Shown one piece after another: positions 1 through 10,178 of a stretch of DNA of 64,000 nt (its first letter is position 1; the number at the start of each line of letters is the position of its first letter). Position numbers and translations under genes: made by a program. The notes beneath the pieces are model-generated. The model was not told where the DNA came from, did no database searches, and was given only the letters and a program-made list of their open reading frames with translations. Origin of the DNA: Acidobacteriota bacterium (GTDB taxonomy: Bacteria > Acidobacteriota > UBA6911 > RPQK01 > CBDAPI01); assembly GCA_965205345.1 (NCBI GenBank), contig CBDBGQ010000053.1, positions 129,842 to 193,841 on the forward strand, read 5' to 3'.

Positions 1-564
1 AAAGCAGCGCGACTCGAGGATGGGCAGAATCTCACCATCAAAGGCGCCTTCGCTTAATGTGGCACTCAACGGTTGATTTTCCTGCCCTGTGATCGCGGCA
101 AGCCAGGGTGGCATGTAGCGGGTCAGGTAGTCCGAACCATGGGTGAGAGACGCACCTTTGTGACTGGCTCCCATCAGGAACAGAATGCAGACTACCAGGG
201 CCATGCGGTATCCTACCAGGAGCGTCTTTCCTCCGCTCCGCCGATACCACAGTTTCAGTCCGACCGCTGCCAACGAGAGGACTGCAACTGCCACGCCAAA
301 CCGTTTGTGCCAGTAGATAATATCCTCGTCATAGCCTCCGCCCCAGGATAGAAGAATACCTAAAGAGGCGGCCACTGCGGCGCTGGTACTGCCCAGTGTC
401 AAAAGAATCCAAGTGGCAAGTTCCATTTCTGGCGAAGACTTCAGTAGGGCGTAAACTTCGAACAGGAAAAGGCCGACCAGAAACCCGATCGGGAAATGCA
501 AAATCACGGGGTGAAGGTGCCCCAGAAAGAGAATGAAGTCAGCCAGAGGTTCGTTACCGGCCAT
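1..564 (-). CDS. Membrane-anchored protein with N-terminal TM helices and the start of a planctomycete-type c-type cytochrome (PSCyt1-like) domain; 3' end lies beyond the window start.
   Basis: Own translation of the minus strand. The ATG at 562-564 overlaps the TAA stop of the upstream gene (TAATG). The frame stays open to position 1 and is absent from the ORF track because it has no stop. It reads MAGNEPLADFILFLGHLHPVILHFPIGFLVGLFLFEVYALL..., has several hydrophobic helices, and ends ...ILPILESRCF. Confidence 0.5.
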   Translation of the reverse strand, partial: MAGNEPLADFILFLGHLHPVILHFPIGFLVGLFLFEVYALLKSSPEMELATWILLTLGSTSAAVAASLGILLSWGGGYDEDIIYWHKRFGVAVAVLSLAAVGLKLWYRRSGGKTLLVGYRMALVVCILFLMGASHKGASLTHGSDYLTRYMPPWLAAITGQENQPLSATLSEGAFDGEILPILESRCF

Positions 565-1556
565 TACGGCGGCCCTTTTCGTTGTGCAGGTTTGGCGCTG
601 CCACCCTGTCGGTTGCTTTCAAGCTCGTTAAGGAAACTGAGCTGATGAACGATCTGAATGTCACGCTTCTGGATCACTTCCTCGGCGTTTCGGGACCGCC
701 AGTCGTAGAATCCCTCTCCGCTCTTAACGCCCAAGCGACCCTCTCTTGTGCTTTTCGTTAGATACTCAGACGGGCCATGGTTATCCGCAAGGTCGGCAAG
801 CAGATATTGATGGATCCTTTCAACAAGATCCAGCCCCACCAGGTCCATATTTTCCAGTGGACCAATGGCGGGCATTCTGAGCCCAAAAGTGAACCGCGCC
901 ACGAGGTCTACATCCTCGGGTGTGGCGATGCCTCTCTCTACTAGATAGATCGCCTCGCGCCACAGGGCGTGGAGCAGACGGTTTCCAATGAAGCCCGGCA
1001 CATCCCGCTGAACTTTGACTGGGATCTTGCCCAGGGACTTGACGAGCTGACAGACCTGCTCGATGACCCCGTCCGGTGTGTCTTCACCACGGATGACTTC
1101 CACCAACGGCATCAGATGCGGAGGGTTCCAGAAGTGGGTACCGGCCAACTGATGACTGCACCCGCTCAGTCGGCCCATCTCGGTGATGCTAAGCCCGCTG
1201 GTGGTGGTTATAAAAATAGCCCCTCGAGCTTTGCAATGAGGAAACTGCCGAAGCAGCTGGGTCTTCTGCTCCATATCCTCAGCAATGCAGTCCATTACCA
1301 GGTCCGCTTTCTCGTCTAGGGTTTGCAGGCTCTCCAGCCGTCGGATGGTTTCCCCTGGATGGGCTGCTGGACCCACGTTCAGGTCCATCCACGTTTCTAG
1401 CGTCTGCAAGGTCCGTCCTACCGAGTCTAGCTTTTTCGGGTTCCTGGCCCAGAGAAAAACCCGGTATCCTGCCCTCTTGAAGCAGACGGCGGCGGCGGCC
1501 CCCATCTGGCCAATGCCGCAGATTCCTACCTGATGAATGGGTTGCAACAATTTCAT
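564..1556 (-). CDS. 3-hydroxyacyl-CoA dehydrogenase family protein (NAD-binding, 3-hydroxybutyryl-CoA dehydrogenase-like)
   Basis: N-terminal Rossmann motif VGICGIGQMG. Central and C-terminal dimerisation regions are typical of the 3HCDH family. Confidence 0.8.
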   Translation of the reverse strand: MKLLQPIHQVGICGIGQMGAAAAVCFKRAGYRVFLWARNPKKLDSVGRTLQTLETWMDLNVGPAAHPGETIRRLESLQTLDEKADLVMDCIAEDMEQKTQLLRQFPHCKARGAIFITTTSGLSITEMGRLSGCSHQLAGTHFWNPPHLMPLVEVIRGEDTPDGVIEQVCQLVKSLGKIPVKVQRDVPGFIGNRLLHALWREAIYLVERGIATPEDVDLVARFTFGLRMPAIGPLENMDLVGLDLVERIHQYLLADLADNHGPSEYLTKSTREGRLGVKSGEGFYDWRSRNAEEVIQKRDIQIVHQLSFLNELESNRQGGSAKPAQRKGPP

Positions 1557-1623
1557 CTGAGAGTGAGAAGCATAATTCTTAGAGAGACAAGGATGACTGA
1601 GACCCGTGGCAAGAACGGGCCTC

Positions 1624-2457
1624 TCAATTCCCAGAGCGTTTCGGTGGGACGGCTGACACGCCTTCTAACCCCCCGCAGACTCTCAGTACCTCACCGGTGA
1701 TCCAGGAAGCTGCCGGGCTACAGAGAAAAGCAACGGTCTGCGCAATGTCGGCTGGTTCTCCCCATCGCCCCAGCGGGATGGCGTTGCGGATGCGTTCAAT
1801 CATCTGGTCCTCGGTGATGTCCAGGCTTTGGCAGCGCTGAGCCATGACCGTCTTGTTGAAGTCGGTATAAACAGGACCCGGGCTCACAGCGTTAACCCTC
1901 ACCCCATAAGCCGCCAGCTCCAGGGCCAGCGTCTTGGTCAGACTGATCACGCCTGCCTTGGCCACATTATACGCCGCAACCAGTGCCGCTGGATTGTGGC
2001 CGTTAATCGAGGCGACATTGACGATGCAACCCGACTCCTGATGCTCCATGATTGGCCCGGCAGCGCGGCAGCAGTAAAACGTCCCGGTCAAAGTGACATT
2101 CAACACACGCTCCCACTCGTGATCACTCAACTCGACTATAGGGGCTACAGTTTGACCGAGACCGGCGTTGTTGACCAGAATGTCCAACCGTCTGTGTTCG
2201 GTGACCACTTTATCAAAGAACACAGTCACGCCTGTACTGTCGGTAATGTCACAGTGGGCCGCCTGCACTTTCAAGCCTTGCCCCTGCAACTGGTCGGCCG
2301 CTGTCCGTGCCTTTTCAAGTTGCACGTCGGCAATCATCACAGCAGCACCGTCGCGGGCGAGCTGTTCGGCAATCGCTAAGCCCAAACCCTGGGCCGCTCC
2401 GGTCACCACTGCGACTAAGTCATCAAGGCTGCGTACAGAAGTTGCATCATCGCTCAT
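1624..2457 (-). CDS. SDR family NAD(P)-dependent oxidoreductase
   Basis: Has the TGAAQGLG glycine-rich motif, the NNAG motif and the YNVAKAG catalytic Y-x3-K motif. Confidence 0.85.
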   Translation of the reverse strand: MSDDATSVRSLDDLVAVVTGAAQGLGLAIAEQLARDGAAVMIADVQLEKARTAADQLQGQGLKVQAAHCDITDSTGVTVFFDKVVTEHRRLDILVNNAGLGQTVAPIVELSDHEWERVLNVTLTGTFYCCRAAGPIMEHQESGCIVNVASINGHNPAALVAAYNVAKAGVISLTKTLALELAAYGVRVNAVSPGPVYTDFNKTVMAQRCQSLDITEDQMIERIRNAIPLGRWGEPADIAQTVAFLCSPAASWITGEVLRVCGGLEGVSAVPPKRSGN

Positions 2458-3215
2458 GCACGTAACTCTTCGAGAAACTGTCTGGAGGCACTAGCCATGA
2501 AGCTTATCGCGTGAGAAGCGATATAGCGAGCGCCAAGCTCAGTGTATCGTCTGGCTGTCTCGACGTCTGCGGCGATGCAACCCGCGATCTTACCTGCTCC
2601 CGCAATCTGTTTGATGGAATCCTCAACCAGACCGATCACTTTCGGATCCTTGCTCTGGCCCGGGATACCCAGGCTGTTGGACAAGTCGGTAGGGCCAAGG
2701 AAGTAAACGTCAATGCCCTCTACAGCAAGGAGAGCATCCAGATTCTCAACGGCCTTCACATCTTCAATGTGGACGATCACCATCGTCTGCTGATTCGCCG
2801 CGGCGGCATATTCCGGCAAAGAATCCTTTAAGCCATACTTTGCCGCCCTGACACCGGCCAGGCCACGCTGGCCCTGAGGTGCATACTTCACGCTTGCGAC
2901 CACCGCCTTGCCTTCGTGGGCATCGCTGACTTCTGGCACATGAACGCCTAGAGCCCCGATGTCCAGAGCACGGAGGATCAAATGAGGTGTATTATGAGTC
3001 ACTCGGATGATAGGTGTGACCCCGGCAAGCTCGGCCGCTCGAACCATGTTCTCCGCAACCCCCATGTCCACCGGGCCATGCTCCATGTCGATAACCACAA
3101 AATCAAACCCGATCAGACCAATGATCTCCGTCAGCTGTGGAGAGGCGACATAGACCAAACTGCCAACAACGACCCGACCGGCGGCTAACTTGCTTTTTAA
3201 CTGGTTAGTGAGCAT
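2454..3215 (-). CDS. HpcH/HpaI family 2-keto-3-deoxy-sugar-acid aldolase (class II aldolase)
   Basis: Length and conserved blocks (VVIDMEHGP, TPIIRV, DVYFLGPTDLS) match the HpcH/HpaI/YfaU family. The ORF overlaps the SDR gene by 4 bp. Confidence 0.75.
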   Translation of the reverse strand: MLTNQLKSKLAAGRVVVGSLVYVASPQLTEIIGLIGFDFVVIDMEHGPVDMGVAENMVRAAELAGVTPIIRVTHNTPHLILRALDIGALGVHVPEVSDAHEGKAVVASVKYAPQGQRGLAGVRAAKYGLKDSLPEYAAAANQQTMVIVHIEDVKAVENLDALLAVEGIDVYFLGPTDLSNSLGIPGQSKDPKVIGLVEDSIKQIAGAGKIAGCIAADVETARRYTELGARYIASHAISFMASASRQFLEELRA

Positions 3216-3298
3216 GTGTTCACCTCATCGTTGTGATCATTGTTTTGGCTCTCTCGCGGCCTGCCGGGGACCGGCCTTGCCCCCTTGTCGGATGGCGT

Positions 3299-4465
3299 TT
3301 ACATGGTTACCCAAGTCGAACCACTGTTGCAGGACTCTACTGTCTTATAAATGAATTGCATGCCTCGCAGTCCGTCATAAACGGTGGGGAAGTTATAGTC
3401 CTCGGTCTTCATCGGGTTGCCATCGATGTAGCGCCGGATCGCCGCAACGACTCCAACGTAAATGGTAGCGAACCCCTCCAAGTACCCTTCTGGATGTCCG
3501 GGGGGGATACGCGTGCTCGCGGCCGCTGGTTCAGAAAGGTACCCCTGACCACGAGTCAGGGTCTGCCTCGGCTCACCGTAACGATAGAGTTCAAGATAGT
3601 TTGGATTCTCGTGGGCCCATTTAATGGCCCCTTTGGAGGCGTATACGCGGAGGATCAGTCCGTTCTCTTCTCCCGTGGCAACCTGGCTGATGCTCAGAAT
3701 ACCCTTCCCGCCGCCCCTGAAGCGGAGCAGCGCGTTGACGTCTTCGTCAAGCTTCCGATCCGGGAGGAACGTACTCTTATCCGCGCACAGTTCAGAAATC
3801 GGATCACCCGTAACATACTCCAGCAGGTTAACACAGTGAGTACCCACGTCGCCCATGGTTCCGCCGATACCCGCCTGCGCGCGGTCAACCCGCCAGGCTG
3901 CCTGCTTATGGCCTAGCTTTTCGTGCGGGACCATAAGGAAGTCCTGGAAATACTCGACCAGCACCTTGCGGACCGTACCCATTTCGCCCGAATGGAACAG
4001 ATGGCGAGCGTGTCTTATGAGAGGATGGCCAGTATAGTTGTGGGTTATCGCAAAGACGAGTCCTGAGTTTTCCACGAGATTGGCAAGCTCTTTGGCCTCA
4101 TCGAGAGTGTAGGTCATGGGCTTATCGCAAACCACATGAAAGCCCGCATCCAGGAATCTTTTTGCGATGGCGAAGTGGGAGACGTTTGGCGTCACGATAG
4201 TCACAAAATCGATGCGCTCGCCCTCGGGGAGTCTGGCTTCGGCGATCGCCATCTCCTCAGGGCTATCGTAGCAACGAGCCGGGTCAAGGTACAGTTGTTC
4301 CCCGGTCATCCTGGTGTTCTGAGGATCCCGTGAGAAGCAGCCGGCGACGAGCTGGACCTGTTGATCAAGGGTGGCTGCGACGCGATGTACACCACCAATA
4401 AACGCGCCCTGCCCCCCGCCAACCATACCCATTCGTAATTTACGTTCCCACGATTCCATGATCAT
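3299..4465 (-). CDS. Gfo/Idh/MocA family oxidoreductase
   Basis: N-terminal GMVGGGQGAFIG NAD-binding motif, with a C-terminal alpha/beta domain typical of the family. Confidence 0.8.
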   Translation of the reverse strand: MIMESWERKLRMGMVGGGQGAFIGGVHRVAATLDQQVQLVAGCFSRDPQNTRMTGEQLYLDPARCYDSPEEMAIAEARLPEGERIDFVTIVTPNVSHFAIAKRFLDAGFHVVCDKPMTYTLDEAKELANLVENSGLVFAITHNYTGHPLIRHARHLFHSGEMGTVRKVLVEYFQDFLMVPHEKLGHKQAAWRVDRAQAGIGGTMGDVGTHCVNLLEYVTGDPISELCADKSTFLPDRKLDEDVNALLRFRGGGKGILSISQVATGEENGLILRVYASKGAIKWAHENPNYLELYRYGEPRQTLTRGQGYLSEPAAASTRIPPGHPEGYLEGFATIYVGVVAAIRRYIDGNPMKTEDYNFPTVYDGLRGMQFIYKTVESCNSGSTWVTM

Positions 4466-4504
4466 TTGCCCCCATATTGGGTCCCAATGAATATCCCAGA
4501 TTGG

Positions 4505-5554
4505 TCAGCTGAAGCCCAGGATCTTCCGATTGCGGGCAGGGTCGGCCTGGCCACCCGCGAAGTCATCGAAGGCCACCTCGGTGGTCTCAATGATGTGCCT
4601 GGCAATGAAGGGCACGGCTTCGGCCGCCCCCTGCTCGGGGCTCTTGACGCAGCATTCCCATTCCAGGACCGCCCAGCTGCTGTAGCCGGCCTCGGTGAGC
4701 AGTGTAAAAACACGGGTAAAGTCGACCTGGCCGTCTCCCAGGGACCGGAATCGCCCGGCCCGCCCGGCCCAAGACTGATAGCCGCCGTACACACCAACGC
4801 GGCCACTCGGGCGGAACTCGGCATCCTTGACGTGGAACCCCCTGATGCGTTCACCATATAGCCTGATAAACTCGAGGTAATCGAGTTGTTGCAGCAGCAA
4901 ATGGCTGGGGTCATAGTTCAAGCATGCGGCGGCGTGATTATCCGTGCAATCGAGGAACATCTCGTAGGTCGCACCATCGTAAAGGTCTGATCCAGGGTGA
5001 AGCTCATATGCGAACACAGTCCCCTTGTCATGAGCCAGGTCCAGAAGGGGCCGCCAACGTTTGGCCAGTTCCTTGAAAGCTTCTTGGATAATCCCATCCG
5101 GACGCTGAGGCCAAGGGTAGATCATGTGCCATGCAAAGCCACCGGACAGCACTGGGATGACGCTGGTGCCCATGTTAACCGAAGCGTAAATACATTTCTT
5201 CAATTCGCCCGCCGCCCACTCAGTCCTCGCATCACCTTTCAAGCCCGCGGGATGAAACGCTTCGAACATGATTTCGTAGGCCGGATGCACGGCCAGGACC
5301 TGTCCCGCAAGGTAGCCCGCTACCTCCGTCGGCTCAAGGCCCATCTCTTTAAGTGTGCCTTTGTATTCATCACAGTAAGTCTTGGATTCCGCGGCCTTGT
5401 CGAGGTCGATGACGCGCGGATCCCAGCCCGGGATCTGAACACCCTTGAATCCCAAGTCCGCTACCCATCTTCCAATGTTGCTAAGGTTGTTGTAAGGCTC
5501 CTCATCCCTTATGAACTGGGCGAGGAAAATAGCTGGACCTTTCATTTCCGGCAT
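4505..5554 (-). CDS. Sugar phosphate isomerase/epimerase (xylose isomerase-like TIM barrel)
   Basis: AP-endonuclease-2 / xylose-isomerase-like TIM-barrel signature blocks. It is commonly paired with Gfo/Idh/MocA dehydrogenases. Confidence 0.7.
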   Translation of the reverse strand: MPEMKGPAIFLAQFIRDEEPYNNLSNIGRWVADLGFKGVQIPGWDPRVIDLDKAAESKTYCDEYKGTLKEMGLEPTEVAGYLAGQVLAVHPAYEIMFEAFHPAGLKGDARTEWAAGELKKCIYASVNMGTSVIPVLSGGFAWHMIYPWPQRPDGIIQEAFKELAKRWRPLLDLAHDKGTVFAYELHPGSDLYDGATYEMFLDCTDNHAAACLNYDPSHLLLQQLDYLEFIRLYGERIRGFHVKDAEFRPSGRVGVYGGYQSWAGRAGRFRSLGDGQVDFTRVFTLLTEAGYSSWAVLEWECCVKSPEQGAAEAVPFIARHIIETTEVAFDDFAGGQADPARNRKILGFS

Positions 5555-5562
5555 GGCTTATT

Positions 5563-7293
5563 TTACTTCTCAGACCTTGAAGACTTTGGCTTTACCGCAA
5601 TCTGGGTGGCTTCAACGACATGGAACTTCTCTCCTGCGGTGACGAGCTGGTTCCTGATCCGATCCTGAACTTCCACTTCCATGCGATATCTTCCGGGCCT
5701 TAAACTTTGGGGCGAGAAGATCGTGACCAGCACCACTCTACCCTGCGAGAAAAATTGAATCGCCTCTCCTTTCTCGTCGACCCGTTCCGCTACGTTCTCT
5801 CCTCCTTGCAAGAGCTTGTACCTCACCCGAAGTGACGGACGGTCCGTACTCTGGTCCATTCCAGCATTGTATACCTGGAGGTACACCCCAAGCGGTTTGG
5901 AAGACGAAAAGGTATTGCCTACGCTGGGACGAATCTTAAGGTCTCCCAACACGAACATCTGATCTTGTTGCTGAATGTCGTCTAGCTGCCGAATGGAGTC
6001 AGAGAGAATGAGAGAGCTTGCCACGAGTTCTTCCCCCGTGTACGAGGGAGTAAAAATGCCCTGGCGGATTACTCCCACCTTGCCACTATGCACATCTTTC
6101 ACCACCAGATCGAGCTTATAGCGCAACTTTCGGTCGAGTACGATTATTTTCTGATAAGTGGATCGTCTGTGGAGGCCTTGCTGGAAAAACTCGGCCTGAT
6201 AAGCATGGATAAGATCGTCTTCGAATTCCTTTATGATCCGCTTGGTGATCGTAGTCACCACACCATAAACTCCCACTTTGGCAACATACACGCCATTTTC
6301 TTCTTTAAAAGCGAGATTTTGGTTTTGCAACGTCAGTGTGATCGTGACCAGGACCTGCTCGTCGTTTAGTTTGAAATAATCTTTGCGGAGCTCAAAAGCC
6401 AAATCGTTGTAGGTGACGTTGACGTCAACCAGCTCTTTGAGGTCGTCGTAGTAGATCTTTTTGGGCCGCTGCACTCCGACAAAGGTCTCGTACCGAATGA
6501 ACGGATTGTCCTTGGCCCGTCGTGCTCTTAACGGGTAATATTCACGGTTACCGGATGCGAAGGATGGCCGGTTTGCCTTGGTAGCTAACCCGAACTGCTC
6601 GGCCAGAGTCAGCCCCACACCGGGAACGTGGAGCATTGCATCTTTTTCATCGGGACTCAGTGCCAAACGGTATTCACCGCTAAAGGACGGATCCACAAAT
6701 TCGAGCTCGACACCCTGACCAACTCCCTCGATATGCCGATACCACCAGACCTCGAACGGGTACGTGGATGTGGTTCCACCCCCTTCCCATGCCGGACGCC
6801 TGTATCGTCCTCCAGAGGGGTGCATTTCGACCTCGTCCGGGGGACCGTGAATGATATAAATGCGACCCCTGTCGCTCTTCCATCCGGGCAAACCACTGGC
6901 GAAGCGCTCGTTGGCATATGCAATGCGCCGGTAATGTTCTTCCCTGGACTGATTTATCGTCGTTCCAGGATCCGGATCCCGTCGGTACCAGAATTGTTCG
7001 ATAAATTGATCTTTTTCTTCCGGGGTCGTCAGGGTCTCAAAGACGGTCTTCTCTTCTGGCGTGATGATATACGTTATGTCTTCATGGAGCCACTTTCTGA
7101 AATAGTCTTGTTGCTCCTCTTGCTGTTGCTTATGCACATTGGCTTTGCTCTGTTGACCCGCCGCCGTGGTTGCACCCGAAATGAGCAGCACAGACGCAAC
7201 TCCTATCCCTGTCAAAAAGCAAATCTGGTTTTTCAGATTGCTGTGAGCCTTTGAATGTATCAATAGCAAAACCCTCCTACTCAGTTTCTTCAT
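5563..7293 (-). CDS. GWxTD domain-containing protein (secreted)
   Basis: Contains GWKSDRGRIYIIHGPPDE, the GWxTD signature, and an N-terminal hydrophobic signal. The family is characteristic of Acidobacteria. Confidence 0.75.
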   Translation of the reverse strand: MKKLSRRVLLLIHSKAHSNLKNQICFLTGIGVASVLLISGATTAAGQQSKANVHKQQQEEQQDYFRKWLHEDITYIITPEEKTVFETLTTPEEKDQFIEQFWYRRDPDPGTTINQSREEHYRRIAYANERFASGLPGWKSDRGRIYIIHGPPDEVEMHPSGGRYRRPAWEGGGTTSTYPFEVWWYRHIEGVGQGVELEFVDPSFSGEYRLALSPDEKDAMLHVPGVGLTLAEQFGLATKANRPSFASGNREYYPLRARRAKDNPFIRYETFVGVQRPKKIYYDDLKELVDVNVTYNDLAFELRKDYFKLNDEQVLVTITLTLQNQNLAFKEENGVYVAKVGVYGVVTTITKRIIKEFEDDLIHAYQAEFFQQGLHRRSTYQKIIVLDRKLRYKLDLVVKDVHSGKVGVIRQGIFTPSYTGEELVASSLILSDSIRQLDDIQQQDQMFVLGDLKIRPSVGNTFSSSKPLGVYLQVYNAGMDQSTDRPSLRVRYKLLQGGENVAERVDEKGEAIQFFSQGRVVLVTIFSPQSLRPGRYRMEVEVQDRIRNQLVTAGEKFHVVEATQIAVKPKSSRSEK

Positions 7294-7519
7294 ACCAACA
7301 TAGTGGTCGCAGGTCTTCGGTCGGAAGGCGGTGTATTGTTTCGCAGTAAGCAGATTCGAAAATCATCGTCACAAGGTTGTCTCTCCCCCCTCCTCCATCG
7401 AGGCGAAGACATAAACACCCGGGAAGGGCCAGGAACGGTGAATAACTTTACTGTAACTGTGCGATCCTATCATACGGGGACCGAGGCGAACCTCAAAGCA
7501 GAAAAAGAGCCAATTCAGG

Positions 7520-8452
7520 TTACTTTCTGGCGGGCAGTTGATAGCCGGCCTTGTTCAGGCGAATTCGATACAGACTCTTACCGGCCGTGATATAGAGCGT
7601 CTTACTCTCGGCGCCGCGGCCGAAACTAACGTTCGTCGGAAGCTCCGTGGGGATATACGCAAGCTCCCTACCCTGGGGTGAGTAAACTACGATTCCGGGT
7701 CGTGTTTCGTCACGCACAGCCACGTAAAGATTTCCGTCAACGTCCGCGACCAGCCCATCTGGTCCATCCTCCGGGTAATAGTCGACCAGTACCTTACGAA
7801 ACGTGGCGCTGCCATCTTGGTGTAAATCGTAGGCCAAGAGTGCCATACGACCCTTGTGAGTTTGCGTGCCCTCGGGTATTCGCCCGAGTGCCGCTGAACC
7901 ATTTTCGTTACTTACCACGTAGAGGGTTTTCTGGTTCGGAGCTACACAAACTCCGTTCGGCTTCCCAGCATCCACGATGATTCGATGAATGGAACCGTCA
8001 AGATCGATACGGTAAACCGCGGCAACCGGTTGATCGACAGGCTCGTGCCCCAGATACCGTGGGTCGCTGAAGTAGACTCGTCCTCGTTCATCAATCGTAA
8101 TGTCATTCGGTGAATTCAAAGGACGACTCTCATAGAGGCCGGCGATCACGTAGCTCTTGGCCGTTTTCATGTCCGTTCGCGACACCTTTCGCCCACCAAA
8201 ATCCGCACCCTCGGCAACGATCATGTTCCCCGAAGCATCGAACTTAATGCCGTTGGACATGCCGCTGGGCGATCGAAAAATCGTCGTCTTTCCCGATCGC
8301 GGGTCGTATTTCCAGATATGTCCTGCTTCGCTGACACCTCGTTCATCCTTCGATTGATAAGTGAATGTGATGTCACTGAAGTAGATGGTGCCATCGGGTG
8401 CAGCCGCGACACCCTCGGTCAACACGGAACCGGCATCGAAGACCGTCTCCAA
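7520..8452 (-). CDS. SMP-30/gluconolactonase/LRE family protein (six-bladed beta-propeller lactonase)
   Basis: Conserved propeller blocks (NG.KF, PNDITID, GRVYFSD, PNG) are present. The reading frame stays open a further ~30 codons upstream, encoding a signal-peptide-like segment (LRGSQLFAVGIILITAIGQAQP), but without an ATG/GTG/TTG, so the true start is uncertain. Confidence 0.75.
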   Translation of the reverse strand: METVFDAGSVLTEGVAAAPDGTIYFSDITFTYQSKDERGVSEAGHIWKYDPRSGKTTIFRSPSGMSNGIKFDASGNMIVAEGADFGGRKVSRTDMKTAKSYVIAGLYESRPLNSPNDITIDERGRVYFSDPRYLGHEPVDQPVAAVYRIDLDGSIHRIIVDAGKPNGVCVAPNQKTLYVVSNENGSAALGRIPEGTQTHKGRMALLAYDLHQDGSATFRKVLVDYYPEDGPDGLVADVDGNLYVAVRDETRPGIVVYSPQGRELAYIPTELPTNVSFGRGAESKTLYITAGKSLYRIRLNKAGYQLPARK

Positions 8453-8830
8453 TTGCGCTCCGGTGGGAATGAGGTCAGGATCACCATTGGGTCTCGGTTG
8501 TGCCTGGCCGATGGCGGTAATTAAGATTATTCCGACGGCGAAAAGCTGACTTCCACGCAGACAATGAATGATGTTGTTTTCCTCCGCCTAACTTAAGTCT
8601 CCCAGTCAACGCCTGGTATGTTGAGTTTGCCGTGTGGCCTTGCGAGCTGTTCTACTTCGGGGCGCGTAAAGCCGGCATCGATCTCGAAAGATTTTTCACT
8701 TCTTGGAGAGGAAGTCAAGCCCCCCTTTCTACGCTCGCCGATTCCAGGGTCAAACAGAACCCACAACATTGCCTTCTCCGGAAGTCACCCCAGAACCTGA
8801 TGGTGAGATTGCTTTACAAGATCCAGTCAT

Positions 8831-9967
8831 TCAACCGGGGACAATCGTCGCCTTCATGCAGCGCATGGCGATGGCCGTCTCTGCGGCTTCCGCAATGCCT
8901 TCCTGGCTGAAGGAAAACCGCGTTTGCATCAAGTGCCATGGATAGCGCTCGGCAACGCGGTGAATCATTTGAATGCCCAGGGGAATGTCGTTGGCCGTAA
9001 AGGCCCAGCTTGCCACGATGGTGATGTCTTTCGTGCAGATGCGGTGCCAGTTCGTGTCGACTGAGCCGGCGTCGGTGAATTGGCCCATCTCGACGTAGGC
9101 ACCTCCGTCGCGGAGCATCTCAATGCCTTCGGGACCCGACGACGGATCGCCGCTGCACTCGACGACGAGATCTGCTCCGAAACCGCCGACGATGGCACGG
9201 ACGGCGTCGATTCGCGACTGCGGAGTTGGATATTCGTCGATCGAAACCGTGGCCACTGCGCCAAAAGCGCGGCAAACGGCCAGTCGCGGCTGTTCTGGAG
9301 CGCCGACGACGACTACGCAGCCGGCGCCCATCTCCTGAGCAGCCACCAGAGCGAAAAGGCCGATCGGTCCCGAACCTTGAATGACGACCGTGTCTCCGAC
9401 GTGAAAACCATCGGCAGCGACAGCACGGTTGAGCGCGCGGATACAGCATGCCAGCGGCTCGGTCAACGATCCGTGCAATGGTGACATGTCATCGGGCAGG
9501 CGATAGATCTTCGTTGCCGGGAACATGTCGAGATCGACGTAGACCATCTCAGCCCACCCACCCCATAGGTGAGGTGGCTTCTCAAACGGTATATAGCGGC
9601 CGTAGTAGGTAGGGTTCAGACATTTGTTCGCGTGGATCGGGTAATGCACACAGTAATAACACTGGCCGCACGGCATCAACGGCGGCAGCATGACCTTGTC
9701 GCCGACAGCCAGCGGCTGTTCCATAAAGTCACTCTGCAGACCCGGTCCCTTTTCTTCAATCACGCCGGCCAACTCATGTCCCAGAGTCAGCGGCCACGGC
9801 AGCGGTTTGGGCCAGTGTCCACGGAGAATATGCAGGTCGGTGCCGCAAACTCCACAAGCATCGATCCGAATCAAAGCCGCTCGATCCGGCACGTCAGGCC
9901 GCGGCACACTGCGGATCTGAGCTGGCGTGCCGGGTGCGTCAAATGTCGATACACGAATGATCTGCAC
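8831..9967 (-). CDS. Zinc-dependent alcohol dehydrogenase family protein (MDR; sorbitol/threonine dehydrogenase-like)
   Basis: CGVCGTDLH catalytic zinc motif and a C-x2-C-x2-C-x7-C structural zinc site (CGQCYYCVHYPIHANKC). Has the GSGPIG NAD-binding motif. Confidence 0.85.
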   Translation of the reverse strand: MQIIRVSTFDAPGTPAQIRSVPRPDVPDRAALIRIDACGVCGTDLHILRGHWPKPLPWPLTLGHELAGVIEEKGPGLQSDFMEQPLAVGDKVMLPPLMPCGQCYYCVHYPIHANKCLNPTYYGRYIPFEKPPHLWGGWAEMVYVDLDMFPATKIYRLPDDMSPLHGSLTEPLACCIRALNRAVAADGFHVGDTVVIQGSGPIGLFALVAAQEMGAGCVVVVGAPEQPRLAVCRAFGAVATVSIDEYPTPQSRIDAVRAIVGGFGADLVVECSGDPSSGPEGIEMLRDGGAYVEMGQFTDAGSVDTNWHRICTKDITIVASWAFTANDIPLGIQMIHRVAERYPWHLMQTRFSFSQEGIAEAAETAIAMRCMKATIVPG

Positions 9968-10178
9968 TGCACGTCTCCAGCAGGGTGAAACGGCTCCAAG
10001 CAGAACCGCTGTTCAGCAATCATAAACCTTCGCGAATGGTCTGGTCCATGACCATCAGCGCCGAGTCGATTTCGTGGTGCTGAATCGCCGTACCAGGCAG
10101 GTCAGCAAGCAGTCATCCCACAACAACACAGGATGATCCAGGAAGAAACGCCAATTCATGGCAGATGCAGACACGGCA

